Source: Candidatus Ventrenecus avicola (lineage in GTDB: Bacteria > Bacillota_I > Bacilli_A > RF39 > UBA660). Taken from it: DNA of 58,678 nucleotides. The stretch lies in the NCBI GenBank assembly GCA_018711945.1, contig DVHP01000086.1:1-58678 (forward strand), given 5' to 3'. The notes beneath the pieces are model-generated. The model was not told the origin of the DNA, made no database searches, and worked only from the letters and a program-made list of their open reading frames with translations. Shown piece after piece: positions 15,956 through 25,869 of this stretch (within the stretch, counting starts at the first letter, position 1; every line of letters starts with the position of its first letter). The position numbers were made by a program, and so were the translations under genes.

Positions 15956-17917
15956 ATGGAGGAGTTTATGGTAGAACAATATATGAAATTACTTTCTGCT
16001 GAGGAAGTACTACAAAATAACATTTCTAAGCTTATTGATATTTTTTGTCTTTATTATGGGGAAGATTCACGGTCTTTTATTGAAGAAAAATTTTCTAATT
16101 TTCTTTTTATTCCTTATCAAACACCAGATAATTTGAATGCTTTATTGAATCAAATTGATAAAGAAAAATCTCAGGAACTTTTTTTGGATGTTTTGCAGGA
16201 TCAGTCTATTTTATCTAAAGATGATTTGTTTCGATCTTATACATTTCGTAATGCTTCAACATTTCCAATCGCGGTATATCAGACTTTTTATGAAGCATAT
16301 CAAATGGGAGAGGATATGCGTTATGTGTCTTTTTTAGAACGGGGATATCAATTATTTCATCGATATTTTCCTAGTGTTTCTTATGAAGCGTTTTATGATA
16401 TGATTTGTGATGGAAAACTATCTATGGAAGTAGAGAGTCGATGTAGTGATTTTTTAAAAGAAAAATTTTTGTATTACTTTGATAAGAGTCATTGTGAAAA
16501 AGAATATTTGAAGTTGTATACTCAGGCAGAACCTTTAATGAAAAAGGTGGATTCTTCAGTAAACATTCATAATTTCGAAGAAAAGTTGCAAAATCATGAT
16601 TTTGATATTTTAGTTAATTCTGTGGAACGTTTTGCTAGTGCTTTGAAAAATTTTCATGATTTTGATAAAGAGTTGGCACAATATCGCCAGTATCTAGAAG
16701 ATGCTGAAGAGATTCAAAAAGATTTGTCTGACAAGTTTATGCGTGAGTTTTGCGCGCAATTTCGTGATATGGTACCTTCATCGTGTCAGGCTAAATTTCA
16801 AGATTTTATAGATGGAAAATGTAATTTTTTTTCTCTTCCATCATCGATGCATATGGTGTTCGTTTCTTTTCCCTATTCTACTTCTATTTCTGTTTTGGCG
16901 TCTTTTTCTAAAAAAAGTGAAGCTTTGTTAAAGGAAAATGCAAATCGTACTGATATCAAATATGACCGTATTCGTTATTTTAAAATGTTTGGGTTTGATT
17001 TTGGAAACAATTATGAGGAATATGTTAATCATCCAGAAATTCAAAAGATATGGCCTTCTTATGATTTTGTGGATCAATTTATAGAAACACGCGAAAAATA
17101 TTTACAAGCTTATTTAAAAGAATATTTTTGTAAGTTGCCAAAAAATCAAGAAATTCACAAGAAAATTGATGCATTGGCACTGCTAGATAAAGATGATGGA
17201 TTTTCCGAGAGATTATATAAGCGTGGTGGAGGTTGTTGTGCTACAAATTTAATAAATACAACACATGGAATTGAAGCATTTTCTTTGTTATTTTTAGAAA
17301 TTAAAAGTTCTTTTCAAAATTTAGATCATCCTCTTATTCATGAACTTAATCATTTGCTAGAAACTTCTCTTTTATTTATTCAAAATGGGGAATATAAAAT
17401 GATTAGTGGTTGGGATTATGTCGGTGGAAAAATCGGTGTAAATTCAGATGATGAAGATTTTATTTCTGCTTCAAATAAACGAGATTATGAATTATTAAAT
17501 GAAGCTATTAATGAATTAATTTCTCAAGAAATTTGCTTTTTAATGGAAAAAAATGATTTGTTTGTTTTTTCCTCTAAAAATTCTTTTTCTTATCAACGAG
17601 AAACTAGTTATGATAATTTATTTTTTCTGGTACAAGATTTTTTCCAGGAATTTAAAGAGGAAATTTTAAAAAGTAGAAGAAATGCCAATATAGATATTAT
17701 TTTTCAGGCGGTTGGAAAAGAAAATTTTGACCAATTGGCCTTATTATGTACTTCTTTTTATAAACGATTTCCTGGTTTAAAAATTAATTCTCTTCTTTCT
17801 TCTCTTAGTAATGGAATTATGGATGAAGATACACAATTTTATCTCGAATGTATCGAAAAGCGAGATACTATCTTTCAAAATATGAGAGAACACTACCGAA
17901 CAATGTCTTTTTCTTGA
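15956..17917 (+). CDS. hypothetical protein with an HExxH motif (possible zinc metallopeptidase-like)
   Basis: 653 aa with consistent coding potential. LIHELNHLLE is the only motif I recognise. Confidence 0.7.
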   Translation: MEEFMVEQYMKLLSAEEVLQNNISKLIDIFCLYYGEDSRSFIEEKFSNFLFIPYQTPDNLNALLNQIDKEKSQELFLDVLQDQSILSKDDLFRSYTFRNASTFPIAVYQTFYEAYQMGEDMRYVSFLERGYQLFHRYFPSVSYEAFYDMICDGKLSMEVESRCSDFLKEKFLYYFDKSHCEKEYLKLYTQAEPLMKKVDSSVNIHNFEEKLQNHDFDILVNSVERFASALKNFHDFDKELAQYRQYLEDAEEIQKDLSDKFMREFCAQFRDMVPSSCQAKFQDFIDGKCNFFSLPSSMHMVFVSFPYSTSISVLASFSKKSEALLKENANRTDIKYDRIRYFKMFGFDFGNNYEEYVNHPEIQKIWPSYDFVDQFIETREKYLQAYLKEYFCKLPKNQEIHKKIDALALLDKDDGFSERLYKRGGGCCATNLINTTHGIEAFSLLFLEIKSSFQNLDHPLIHELNHLLETSLLFIQNGEYKMISGWDYVGGKIGVNSDDEDFISASNKRDYELLNEAINELISQEICFLMEKNDLFVFSSKNSFSYQRETSYDNLFFLVQDFFQEFKEEILKSRRNANIDIIFQAVGKENFDQLALLCTSFYKRFPGLKINSLLSSLSNGIMDEDTQFYLECIEKRDTIFQNMREHYRTMSFS

Positions 17918-17996
17918 GTTATTCTAGCGGAAGAATATTTTTCTTCTTTTTTCTTTGCTGTGCTATAATAGATGTAATTTATAAGGCGGTGATGTG

Positions 17997-19331
17997 ATGA
18001 AGCAATCCTCTTTATTTGAAAATGAGAATATTCCTTTGGCTAGTCGTATTCGACCTAGAACATTAGAAGAGTTTGTAGGACAATCTCATTTACTTGGCGA
18101 AGGAAAAATTTTAAAAAAATTGATATTGCAAGATCAAATTCCTTCGATGATTTTTTGGGGACCTCCTGGAGTTGGTAAGACAACTCTTGCGACGATTATT
18201 GCAAGACAAACTAATGCTACTTTTATTAATTTTAGTGCTGTGACAAGTGGAATTAAGGAAATTAGAAATGTTATGGAACAAGCAGAGGAAAGTAGACTTG
18301 TGGGAACTAAGACTATTTTGTTTGTTGATGAAATTCATAGATTTAATAAAGCTCAGCAGGATGCTTTTTTACCATTTGTAGAAAAAGGAAGTATTATTTT
18401 GATTGGGGCGACGACAGAAAATCCATCTTTTGAAATTAATTCAGCGTTACTTTCACGATGTAAGGTTTTTGTGCTTCAAGCTCTTTCTGTAGAAGATATT
18501 TGTGTTCTTTTAAATCGTGCTATAAAAGATGAACGGGGGTTTGGTAGACAAAATGTTTTGATAGATGCTTCTCTTATTCGGGCAATTGCAGTATATGCAA
18601 ATGGAGATGCTCGTTGTGCTTTAAATATGCTTGAAATGATTGTTTTAAATAGTGAAGAAAAAGATGGTAGTATTCTTGTAACGGAACAAATTGTGAAACA
18701 ATGTTTAAATAAAAAGTCTTTGATGTATGATAAAAGTGGGGAAGAACATTATAACTTGATTTCCGCTTTACATAAATCAATGCGTAATAGTGATGTTCAA
18801 GCTTCTATTTATTGGCTTGCCAGAATGCTTGAAGGGGGAGAAGATCCATTATATATTGCACGTAGGCTTATTCGCTTTGCTAGTGAGGATATTGGTCTTG
18901 CTGATCCGTCTGCTTTAACGCTTGCAGTTTCTTGTTATCAAGCTTGTCATTTTATTGGAATGCCTGAGTGTAATGTTAATCTTACTGAGTTGGTTACTTA
19001 TTTAGCTGTGGCTCCTAAATCGAATGCTCTTTATGTTGCGTATGAGGCTGCACGTAAGGACGCAACGGAGCAAATTGCGGAACCTGTACCTCTTCATTTA
19101 AGAAATGCACCTACTAAGTTAATGAAAGAACTTCATTATGGAGAAGGATATCAATATGCGCATGATACGAAAGAGAAGATTACCACAATGTCTTGTTTAC
19201 CAGAGACTTTAGCTAATCGTGTTTATTATATCCCGACTGTTCAAGGAAAAGAATTAAGGGTAAAAGAACGGTTAGAAAAGATTGAAAATTGGAAAAAAAC
19301 ACATATAAAAAGTGAAGAAAATCATGATTAA
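17997..19331 (+). CDS. rarA: replication-associated recombination protein A (MgsA/RarA AAA+ ATPase)
   Basis: Walker A GPPGVGKTTLA, Walker B FVDEIHRFNK, C-terminal MgsA block EEHYNLISALHKSMRNSD...YWLARML. Confidence 0.92.
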   Translation: MKQSSLFENENIPLASRIRPRTLEEFVGQSHLLGEGKILKKLILQDQIPSMIFWGPPGVGKTTLATIIARQTNATFINFSAVTSGIKEIRNVMEQAEESRLVGTKTILFVDEIHRFNKAQQDAFLPFVEKGSIILIGATTENPSFEINSALLSRCKVFVLQALSVEDICVLLNRAIKDERGFGRQNVLIDASLIRAIAVYANGDARCALNMLEMIVLNSEEKDGSILVTEQIVKQCLNKKSLMYDKSGEEHYNLISALHKSMRNSDVQASIYWLARMLEGGEDPLYIARRLIRFASEDIGLADPSALTLAVSCYQACHFIGMPECNVNLTELVTYLAVAPKSNALYVAYEAARKDATEQIAEPVPLHLRNAPTKLMKELHYGEGYQYAHDTKEKITTMSCLPETLANRVYYIPTVQGKELRVKERLEKIENWKKTHIKSEENHD

Positions 19332-19350
19332 AATTGTTGTTGTATATAAA

Positions 19351-19379
19351 AAGAATCGATGTTTAAGTAGTCGATTCTT
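19351..19379. terminator. bidirectional hairpin terminator between rarA and the YitT/YczE-like gene
   Basis: 9-bp stem AAGAATCGA / TCGATTCTT, flanked by an A-run on the left and a T-run on the right. Confidence 0.65.
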
Positions 19380-19946
19380 TTTTCGTTTTTGTCATCCAAT
19401 ATATTACTTGTGTTTGAATTAAAGTAAAGATAATGCCATAGATGACTGAGAGAATTCCAAAGGTAACAATTCCCACTAGGAGAGCAAAAATACCGATGAC
19501 TCTTAGAATAATGGCTGTGTTCCACTTTGGTATTTTTTTATGAATAAATAATGCAATTACGTCATATCCTACTGTGGATGAGTTTTCTCTTAAGCATAAA
19601 GAGTGGCCAACTCCTACTAGAATTCCTGCGATAATAACACAGACGATGATAGGAAGTTTTATCGGAATGGCGATTTGATGAAATATGTTAAAAAAAACAA
19701 CATAGCAAACACTGCTGAAAGCTGATTTAATAAAAAAATTTTTTTCCCTAAAGTAATTAAGCCAAATAATAATAGAAAAAGTGTAATTGCTGTACTTATA
19801 TAGCCTATATCTATATTTAAATAATGAGAAATTAATAAGGAAGTACTAGTCACTCCACCATTAATAATATTGTTTGGCACGGTTAGAAAAGTATATGCTC
19901 CTGTTAATAATACATTTCCGATTAGTATTTTTAAATAACTTTTCAT
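19363..19946 (-). pseudogene. YitT/YczE-like integral membrane protein interrupted by a frameshift in an A8/T8 homopolymer
   Basis: N-terminal frame MKSYLKILIGNVLLTGAYTFLTVPNNIINGGVTSTS stops after the homopolymer at 19690-19697. A shifted frame continues NIFHQIAIPIKLPIIVCVIIAGILVG...KWNTAIILRVIGIFALLVGIV to a stop at 19363. Confidence 0.65.
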
Positions 19947-20075
19947 TTTATTCCCTTCTATTGTTGTATATACTATTTTAGCAAAGATTTTTTTAAATAG
20001 TAGAAAAGTATCAAGAAATGATGTAAATATCTTATGTTTCTATGATATACTTTTGCTAAAGAAAGTAGGTTTTTT

Positions 20076-20978
20076 ATGGAGAAACAATTAGCTGTTATTG
20101 AGATAGGAAGTAATAATACAAAAGTACATATTTATGAAAATAAAAAATTGGTGTTTGATAGTACTACTACAATTGAATTTAAAAGAAATTATCAGTTGAA
20201 TAAGCAAACTCTACAGCAAGATTTAGAAAAGTTGTATCAAGTAATTGAAGAGACACTTAAAAAAACTAAAAATATTTATATTTTTGGATGTAGTATTTTC
20301 AGGAAAATTTCACAAGAAGAATTGAATGAGATTAATCAGTATTTATTAGAACATTATGAGTTACAAATACAGGTAGTTTCACAAAGTGATGAAGCTTTTT
20401 ATACTGCATATGGATGTTATGCCGATATTGATTATGATAAAGAAATTTGTATTTTTATTGGTGGTGGAGGTTCTATAGAGCTTTTGTTTGTTAAGAATAA
20501 AGAAGTGGTAGAACAAAAATATTATGATTTTGGTGTTGTTGATGTTACCAATCAATTTCCTTCTTTAAAAGAAGATTATAATACTTGTAGTTTTGATGAA
20601 GTATCGGATTATGTTTCTTCGTTAATTGGAGACTTACCGTATACTTGTGATGTATTAATTTTAGCTGGTGGTGATCACTTGTATTGGTATAACAATGCAC
20701 GTTATGAATTAGGGGAGAATACGTTATATCATAGTGAGAAGCAAAAATATATGATTAGTATTACTCAAAGTGATAATTATGATCATGATGCTTTAAAAAC
20801 ATCTTTGAATCGTATTCGTGAAAACAGTGATAATCCGTTATGGTTTGATGGTTCTAGAGCTATGAAAGTAATTACAAATACTATTTCTCATAAAATAGAT
20901 GCGAAGTATATTGTTCCTACTAAAATTAATATGGAAGATGGTTTGCTGGAAAAAATTATGGAAGAACGAAACGATTAA
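20076..20978 (+). CDS. Ppx/GppA phosphatase family (ASKHA fold) protein
   Basis: 300 aa. LAVIEIGSNNTKVHIY phosphate-1 motif and IGGGGSIEL phosphate-2 motif. Confidence 0.7.
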   Translation: MEKQLAVIEIGSNNTKVHIYENKKLVFDSTTTIEFKRNYQLNKQTLQQDLEKLYQVIEETLKKTKNIYIFGCSIFRKISQEELNEINQYLLEHYELQIQVVSQSDEAFYTAYGCYADIDYDKEICIFIGGGGSIELLFVKNKEVVEQKYYDFGVVDVTNQFPSLKEDYNTCSFDEVSDYVSSLIGDLPYTCDVLILAGGDHLYWYNNARYELGENTLYHSEKQKYMISITQSDNYDHDALKTSLNRIRENSDNPLWFDGSRAMKVITNTISHKIDAKYIVPTKINMEDGLLEKIMEERND

Positions 20979-21061
20979 TTGTCAATTTTGAGTCAATTGG
21001 TAAGTTTAGCATGTTTAAGAAGTTTATTTTCTGTTACTATAAATATAAGGAGTGATGGATA

Positions 21062-22090
21062 ATGAAATGTGTAATGTTGAAAGGAAAAAGAGAATTTGAA
21101 GTTGGAGATATTCCTGAACCTAAGAGTGTAGAAGGCAGTGTTGTTATTGATGTAAAAAAAGCTGGTATATGTGGTTCTGATATACATTATTGGGATATGG
21201 GAGAGCCTAAAGGTTTAGTAATGGGTCATGAATTTTGTGGAGTTGTTACTGATACAGGAAATCGTGATGATTTGAAAGTTGGAGATCGTGTTACTGGGCT
21301 TCCTATTTCACCATGTGGTCATTGTTCAGCATGTTTGACAGGTAATCCTCAATATTGTCGAGAGACATGGACTTATGCAACGGGACTTTCTTTAACCAAT
21401 CCTGGGGCATTGGCACCTAAAATGGCCATTCGTTCTGATATGGTACTTAAAGTTCCAGATAATGTTACAGATGAAGAAATGGCAATGGTGGAACCGACAG
21501 CTGTTGGACTTCACGCAATTCATTTAGCAGATATCAAAGTTGGTCAAAAAGTTCTTGTAATAGGTGGCGGTATTATTGGTTTGGTTTCTGCTATGTTTGC
21601 TAAAAAAGAAGGTGCTAGTTTTGTAGCGGTGAGTGAAACAAATTTAAAACGTGGAGAAAAGTCTGTTAGTCTTGGAGTTGCGGATAAGTATTATGATGCA
21701 ACTAGTGAAGATTTTATGAAATCTATTATGGAAGATACACAAGGAAATGGATTTGACGTTGTCATTGAATGTTGTGGTAATGATAAAGCCGTTAGTAGTG
21801 CGCTTATGACTTGTCGTCCTGGAGGAATGATTGTTTTAGTTGGAGTGGCTCTTGGTGCTATTAATATCCCAACTGTAGTGGGTGTTATGAGTGAGCTTAC
21901 TATGAAAGGCGCTATTGCATATACCAAAGAAGAGTTTCAAACATGTATTGATTTGATTTCAAGTAAACAAATTGATGTTATGAAGTTTGTTGATGATATT
22001 GTTTCTTTGGAGGAAGTGCAACATGCATATGAAAGACTTACCAGTGGTGATGATCCAGCTGTTAAAATTTTAGTGGATCCTAATAAATAG
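21062..22090 (+). CDS. zinc-dependent medium-chain alcohol/polyol dehydrogenase family protein
   Basis: 342 aa. GHEFCGVV catalytic Zn motif, structural Zn CGHCSACLTGNPQYC, Rossmann VIGGGIIG. Confidence 0.88.
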   Translation: MKCVMLKGKREFEVGDIPEPKSVEGSVVIDVKKAGICGSDIHYWDMGEPKGLVMGHEFCGVVTDTGNRDDLKVGDRVTGLPISPCGHCSACLTGNPQYCRETWTYATGLSLTNPGALAPKMAIRSDMVLKVPDNVTDEEMAMVEPTAVGLHAIHLADIKVGQKVLVIGGGIIGLVSAMFAKKEGASFVAVSETNLKRGEKSVSLGVADKYYDATSEDFMKSIMEDTQGNGFDVVIECCGNDKAVSSALMTCRPGGMIVLVGVALGAINIPTVVGVMSELTMKGAIAYTKEEFQTCIDLISSKQIDVMKFVDDIVSLEEVQHAYERLTSGDDPAVKILVDPNK

Positions 22091-22134
22091 AAAGTATAGA
22101 AATATATTTTCTCTTTTTTTAAAGGAGTGGTAAT

Positions 22135-22560
22135 TTGTATACGTTAAAAATTGCAAATATTAAAGATATCTCATTATTAGAAACTTGGAAACTTCAGACT
22201 GTTTTTGATTATGCTGGTAAGTTGTCTATGGAAGAGCAAGAAAAAATCAGTAATTATGTGCATAATGAAGTTTTAGAATATTTACACTTTTTTGAATTAA
22301 TAGAAGTTTCTAGTAATATAGTTGGTTGTGTGCTAGTTAGACCTTATCAAGATGGTTATTTACTAGATGAGATTTATTTAGAAAAAGAATATCGAAATTT
22401 AGGAATTGGTTCTAGTATTTTAAAAGATAAAACTATGCAATTTTCTCCACTGTATTTATGGGTATATAAAGATAATCAAAAAGCTATTTCATTATATAAA
22501 AGAATTGGATTTTTAGTAAAAGAAGAAACTGCAACTCGTTATTTTATGGAATTTGTGTAA
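22135..22560 (+). CDS. GNAT family N-acetyltransferase
   Basis: 141 aa. Motif A EKEYRNLGIGSSIL. TTG start with GGAGTGG RBS. Confidence 0.75.
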   Translation: MYTLKIANIKDISLLETWKLQTVFDYAGKLSMEEQEKISNYVHNEVLEYLHFFELIEVSSNIVGCVLVRPYQDGYLLDEIYLEKEYRNLGIGSSILKDKTMQFSPLYLWVYKDNQKAISLYKRIGFLVKEETATRYFMEFV

Positions 22561-22615
22561 TAGAATATATTATTTTTGAAAATAAAATTAGATGTCGTTA
22601 TGATATTATTTGAAT

Positions 22616-22648
22616 GATAACAAGAAACTTTAACAGTTCCTTGTTATC
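22616..22648. repeat. 9-bp inverted repeat hairpin between convergent genes
   Basis: GATAACAAG (22616-22624) / CTTGTTATC (22640-22648), 15-nt loop, no clear U-tract. Confidence 0.5.
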
Positions 22649-22707
22649 ATGGCTATTTATTATTTACATATTTGTTACAAAATTTTTTTGAGTTCGATAC
22701 TTTTTTA

Positions 22708-23931
22708 TTATTCTTTATCGTTTGGGTTAGTATACGTTCTTTTTCTTACTAATACTGTTTCTTTTTCTTCATAAGGTAATGGATCGTTGAAATTTTTTTC
22801 GATTGTAAATAATTGTGAAAAGTCTTTAAATGAAATATCTTTTTGCTCTTTTGATTTATTTTTGCTTTCCAGATGCATTTCTGAGTCCTTTTTTGAATCC
22901 ATACTGTTAAATATTTGTTGTTCTTCCTTTAATTGAATTACAGTTAAACTAATATTTCTTATTTGTTTTTCAGTTAATGTTTTAATTTTTTCTTGTTCTT
23001 TATAAACACTATCATACTTTTCATATTTTTCTGGTAAAGCATTTTCACCTAATTGTGCATTAAAATTATCAAATATTTTCTTGTGGTCTTTATTTCTTTT
23101 TATCATATATCCACAGGCACCAATGATTCCAACAATAAATGGTGTAAAGGTAGTAGTTATGAATGAAAGTGTTGAACTATATGTTACTGCTTCATTTATC
23201 ACCATAAGTGGTAATTCGGTAAAAAACATTGTAAACATACCAATTAATGTGGCTGTTACAAACGTATCTGTTATTATCTGAATTTTGGATCTTATTCGCC
23301 AAAATCTATTGTGTAAAACTTTTTGAGTTGAAAGTATATCTAATTTATTATATTGTTCTTTTACAAGAATGGATAATTCTTCAATTCTTTTTCTAATATC
23401 TTCTTCCTTTTTTGAAGCACTTTTATCATTTATCTCATATTTACTTGATATTTCTCTTAACATTGCTTCGGTGGAATTTACTTGGTTTATAGTTTGATTT
23501 ATAACTAGATTTCTATTGATAGCTTTTTCTAATTCTATTTGATAATGTAGCTGTTCTTTTAATTTTTCGGTTTGTGTTTTTGCGGTAGAAAAAACTTTCA
23601 ATCTTTTTTTTGTTTGAAATTTTTTATTTATTAGATTGTTAATTAAAGTTCCAATTCCTAAAGAACCTCCAACTACTATTGCGGGATAACTTAGTGCGGG
23701 GATAATATTTGTAAAAGTGATAATTCCTAAATTTTTGATTAAAACTAATGATATAAGAAAAATTACTAAATAGCTAATCATTGAAAAAGCTAAAGTATTT
23801 CCTGCTTTATATTCAAATGTATTTACTTTTGATATTCTTGCTTTTTCGTCATATAATATGATTTTTTTTTCGTTATTTTGTTTTTCTTGTTCTAAATCTT
23901 CTTTTATTTTGTCAAAACTCCCTAATTTCAT
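22708..23931 (-). CDS. hypothetical membrane protein with long coiled-coil segments
   Basis: 407 aa. GGAG RBS. Two pairs of hydrophobic helices separated and followed by heptad-like charged regions. Confidence 0.7.
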   Translation of the reverse strand: MKLGSFDKIKEDLEQEKQNNEKKIILYDEKARISKVNTFEYKAGNTLAFSMISYLVIFLISLVLIKNLGIITFTNIIPALSYPAIVVGGSLGIGTLINNLINKKFQTKKRLKVFSTAKTQTEKLKEQLHYQIELEKAINRNLVINQTINQVNSTEAMLREISSKYEINDKSASKKEEDIRKRIEELSILVKEQYNKLDILSTQKVLHNRFWRIRSKIQIITDTFVTATLIGMFTMFFTELPLMVINEAVTYSSTLSFITTTFTPFIVGIIGACGYMIKRNKDHKKIFDNFNAQLGENALPEKYEKYDSVYKEQEKIKTLTEKQIRNISLTVIQLKEEQQIFNSMDSKKDSEMHLESKNKSKEQKDISFKDFSQLFTIEKNFNDPLPYEEKETVLVRKRTYTNPNDKE

Positions 23932-24201
23932 AAAATCTAATTCTCCTAACTATCTTAATTATTGTATTATTAAATGCGTTAACATAATAATTTTTACATA
24001 TATATTTTATTGCTTTTTTTTGTAGCTAATAATATTATAGGTCAGCGTGAAAATATAAGCAATATTTTTTGTATTTGAACTAACTTATTTCTTGTAAAAA
24101 ATAATAATTTTTGTTATCATGTCTATGGATGAAGGAAACTTCATAAAATAAAAAAGGATATATCTGAAGTGGTGATCAGATGCATCCCTAAATGTTGGTT
24201 T

Positions 24202-24250
24202 GACACCTGATTCAACTAATGATGAAGTTGATTCAGGTGTCTTAATTTTT
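24202..24250 (+). terminator. strong orphan hairpin (15 of 16 bp) with a T-rich tail
   Basis: GACACCTGATTCAACT (24202-24217) / AGTTGATTCAGGTGTC (24226-24241), 8-nt loop, then TTAATTTTT. No annotated gene ends here. Confidence 0.45.
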
Positions 24251-24529
24251 AAATTACTATTCATAATAGGTAGATTACACAAAAAAAGTTGATTTCTATT
24301 TTTCGCATAATTACCGCTCCTTTCTAATTCTTTGTTGATAAGAAAGGGAAGATGGTTGACATTCAGATATAACGGATATTATTATGGACAACATCTTTTT
24401 TTAGAACAAGTTAAGATTTTAAATGTTGTAAATATTTCATTGTTAATTTTCTTTGCGTAGTTTCCAAAGCTTTTTGGTAGAAACTTTCTTTGTATTTTAC
24501 TATAATGGTGGAGATGAAAGGAGAAGTTT

Positions 24530-25093
24530 ATGAAACTCGGAGAAAAGATTTTAAAGTATAGAAAGGAACAGCATTTATCTCAGGAAGATCTAGCTTTTAA
24601 GGTGGATGTTACAAGGCAGACCATCTCTAACTGGGAACTTAATGAAACAATGCCTAATCCAGAACAATTAAAGAAATTATCACAAGTTTTTCAAGTGAGT
24701 ATTGATGAATTACTTGATAATGATGTTCATGGAATATTAGCAAGTAAAATTTCGAATACCGAAAAGTTAGCGGGAATTATTATTAAAATATTGAAAGTTT
24801 TGGGAGTCTTATTTATTTTATATATTATTTTTATAGTGATTGCTATAGTTATGTTTACATTGGTTCCAAATGAACCTTCTGTTGATTCTATTTCTTCTAC
24901 TAGTATGACATGTTCTATTAAAGATGACGTTTATCATATAACAATTGGTGAACAAGATTATTTTCAGTGTGATAATTGTAGTGCTAGTATGCAAGTTTAT
25001 TTAAAAGATTTAACTGATTGGGCTAATTTAGATAGTAGTATTACTAATATTGAAAATTATTTTATAGAAAATGGTGGAAGCTGTAGTTTTTAG
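24530..25093 (+). CDS. XRE-family HTH regulator with a transmembrane helix and a Cys-containing C-terminal domain
   Basis: 187 aa. LSQEDLAFKVDVTRQTISNWE HTH. TM segment GIIIKILKVLGVLFILYIIFIVIAIVMF. Confidence 0.85.
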   Translation: MKLGEKILKYRKEQHLSQEDLAFKVDVTRQTISNWELNETMPNPEQLKKLSQVFQVSIDELLDNDVHGILASKISNTEKLAGIIIKILKVLGVLFILYIIFIVIAIVMFTLVPNEPSVDSISSTSMTCSIKDDVYHITIGEQDYFQCDNCSASMQVYLKDLTDWANLDSSITNIENYFIENGGSCSF

Positions 25094-25134
25094 GAGTAAT
25101 CAAAGTTACTTCTTTTTTTTTAATTTTTGTTGAC

Positions 25135-25690
25135 ATGAGAGTTACTCACGGGTGTATTAATACTGGTAATTATTTTTATGACCCAGGGTTTGTTCCATAT
25201 ATGACACGTTATGAGGCAGAAGGAGATGCGAAGGGTGCTGTATTGATTAATCCAGGAGGAGATGTTCAATTTCGTTCGGAAACTACGGAAGGGCAAGAAG
25301 TTGCTCAAAAGCTTAGCAGTTTAGGATATGTTACTTTTGTGGTTCATTACCGTGTGTGTCCTTACACTATGCAAGAGGGAGCACTTGATTCAGCACGGGC
25401 GGTTCGATATGTCAGAAGTCATGCTGATGATTATCAGATTGATGAAGAGGATATTGCTATTATTGGTTTTTCAGCAGGCGGTATCTTGTGCGGTGAAGAA
25501 GTTTTGCATTATGACGGATTTGTAAATGGAAACTTCTTTGGACGCTTCTTATGTTTCAGATGAACTTGATGAAGTTTCCGTTGATGTTCATGTGTTAGAA
25601 ATTATGCCTCATGGGTTTGGAATTGTTCGTGAAGACTCTCAATGAATTATTCCTTTTGATGAGTGGTTGTCAAATATTTTTGAAAATTAG
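25135..25690 (+). pseudogene. degraded alpha/beta-hydrolase (esterase/lipase-type) gene
   Basis: GFSAGG nucleophile elbow. The ORF stops at 25563. A C-terminal remnant (LEIMPHGFG...) continues in another frame with an internal stop. The N-terminus also looks truncated. Confidence 0.7.
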
Positions 25691-25869
25691 TTTTTTAAAA
25701 TAAGAAAAGCTGTGAATGCAACTTTTTATTTTATGTATTGATATGGAAAGTAAAATAATGCTATAAATTTCACGTTTTTGGCACATAGTGTTAGTTTTTC
25801 TATAAGTTTTTTGTTAAATTTTTTTAAGATTATGCTTTTTCTGATTATAGTTTTGGGGTGTTACTCTTG

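Noticed and set aside
24085-24282. 65-aa minus-strand ORF as a standard protein-coding gene
   Set aside because: The TTG-start version has no RBS, and part of it is simply the translation of a palindromic hairpin. Retained only as part of the speculative small-ORF/sRNA finding.
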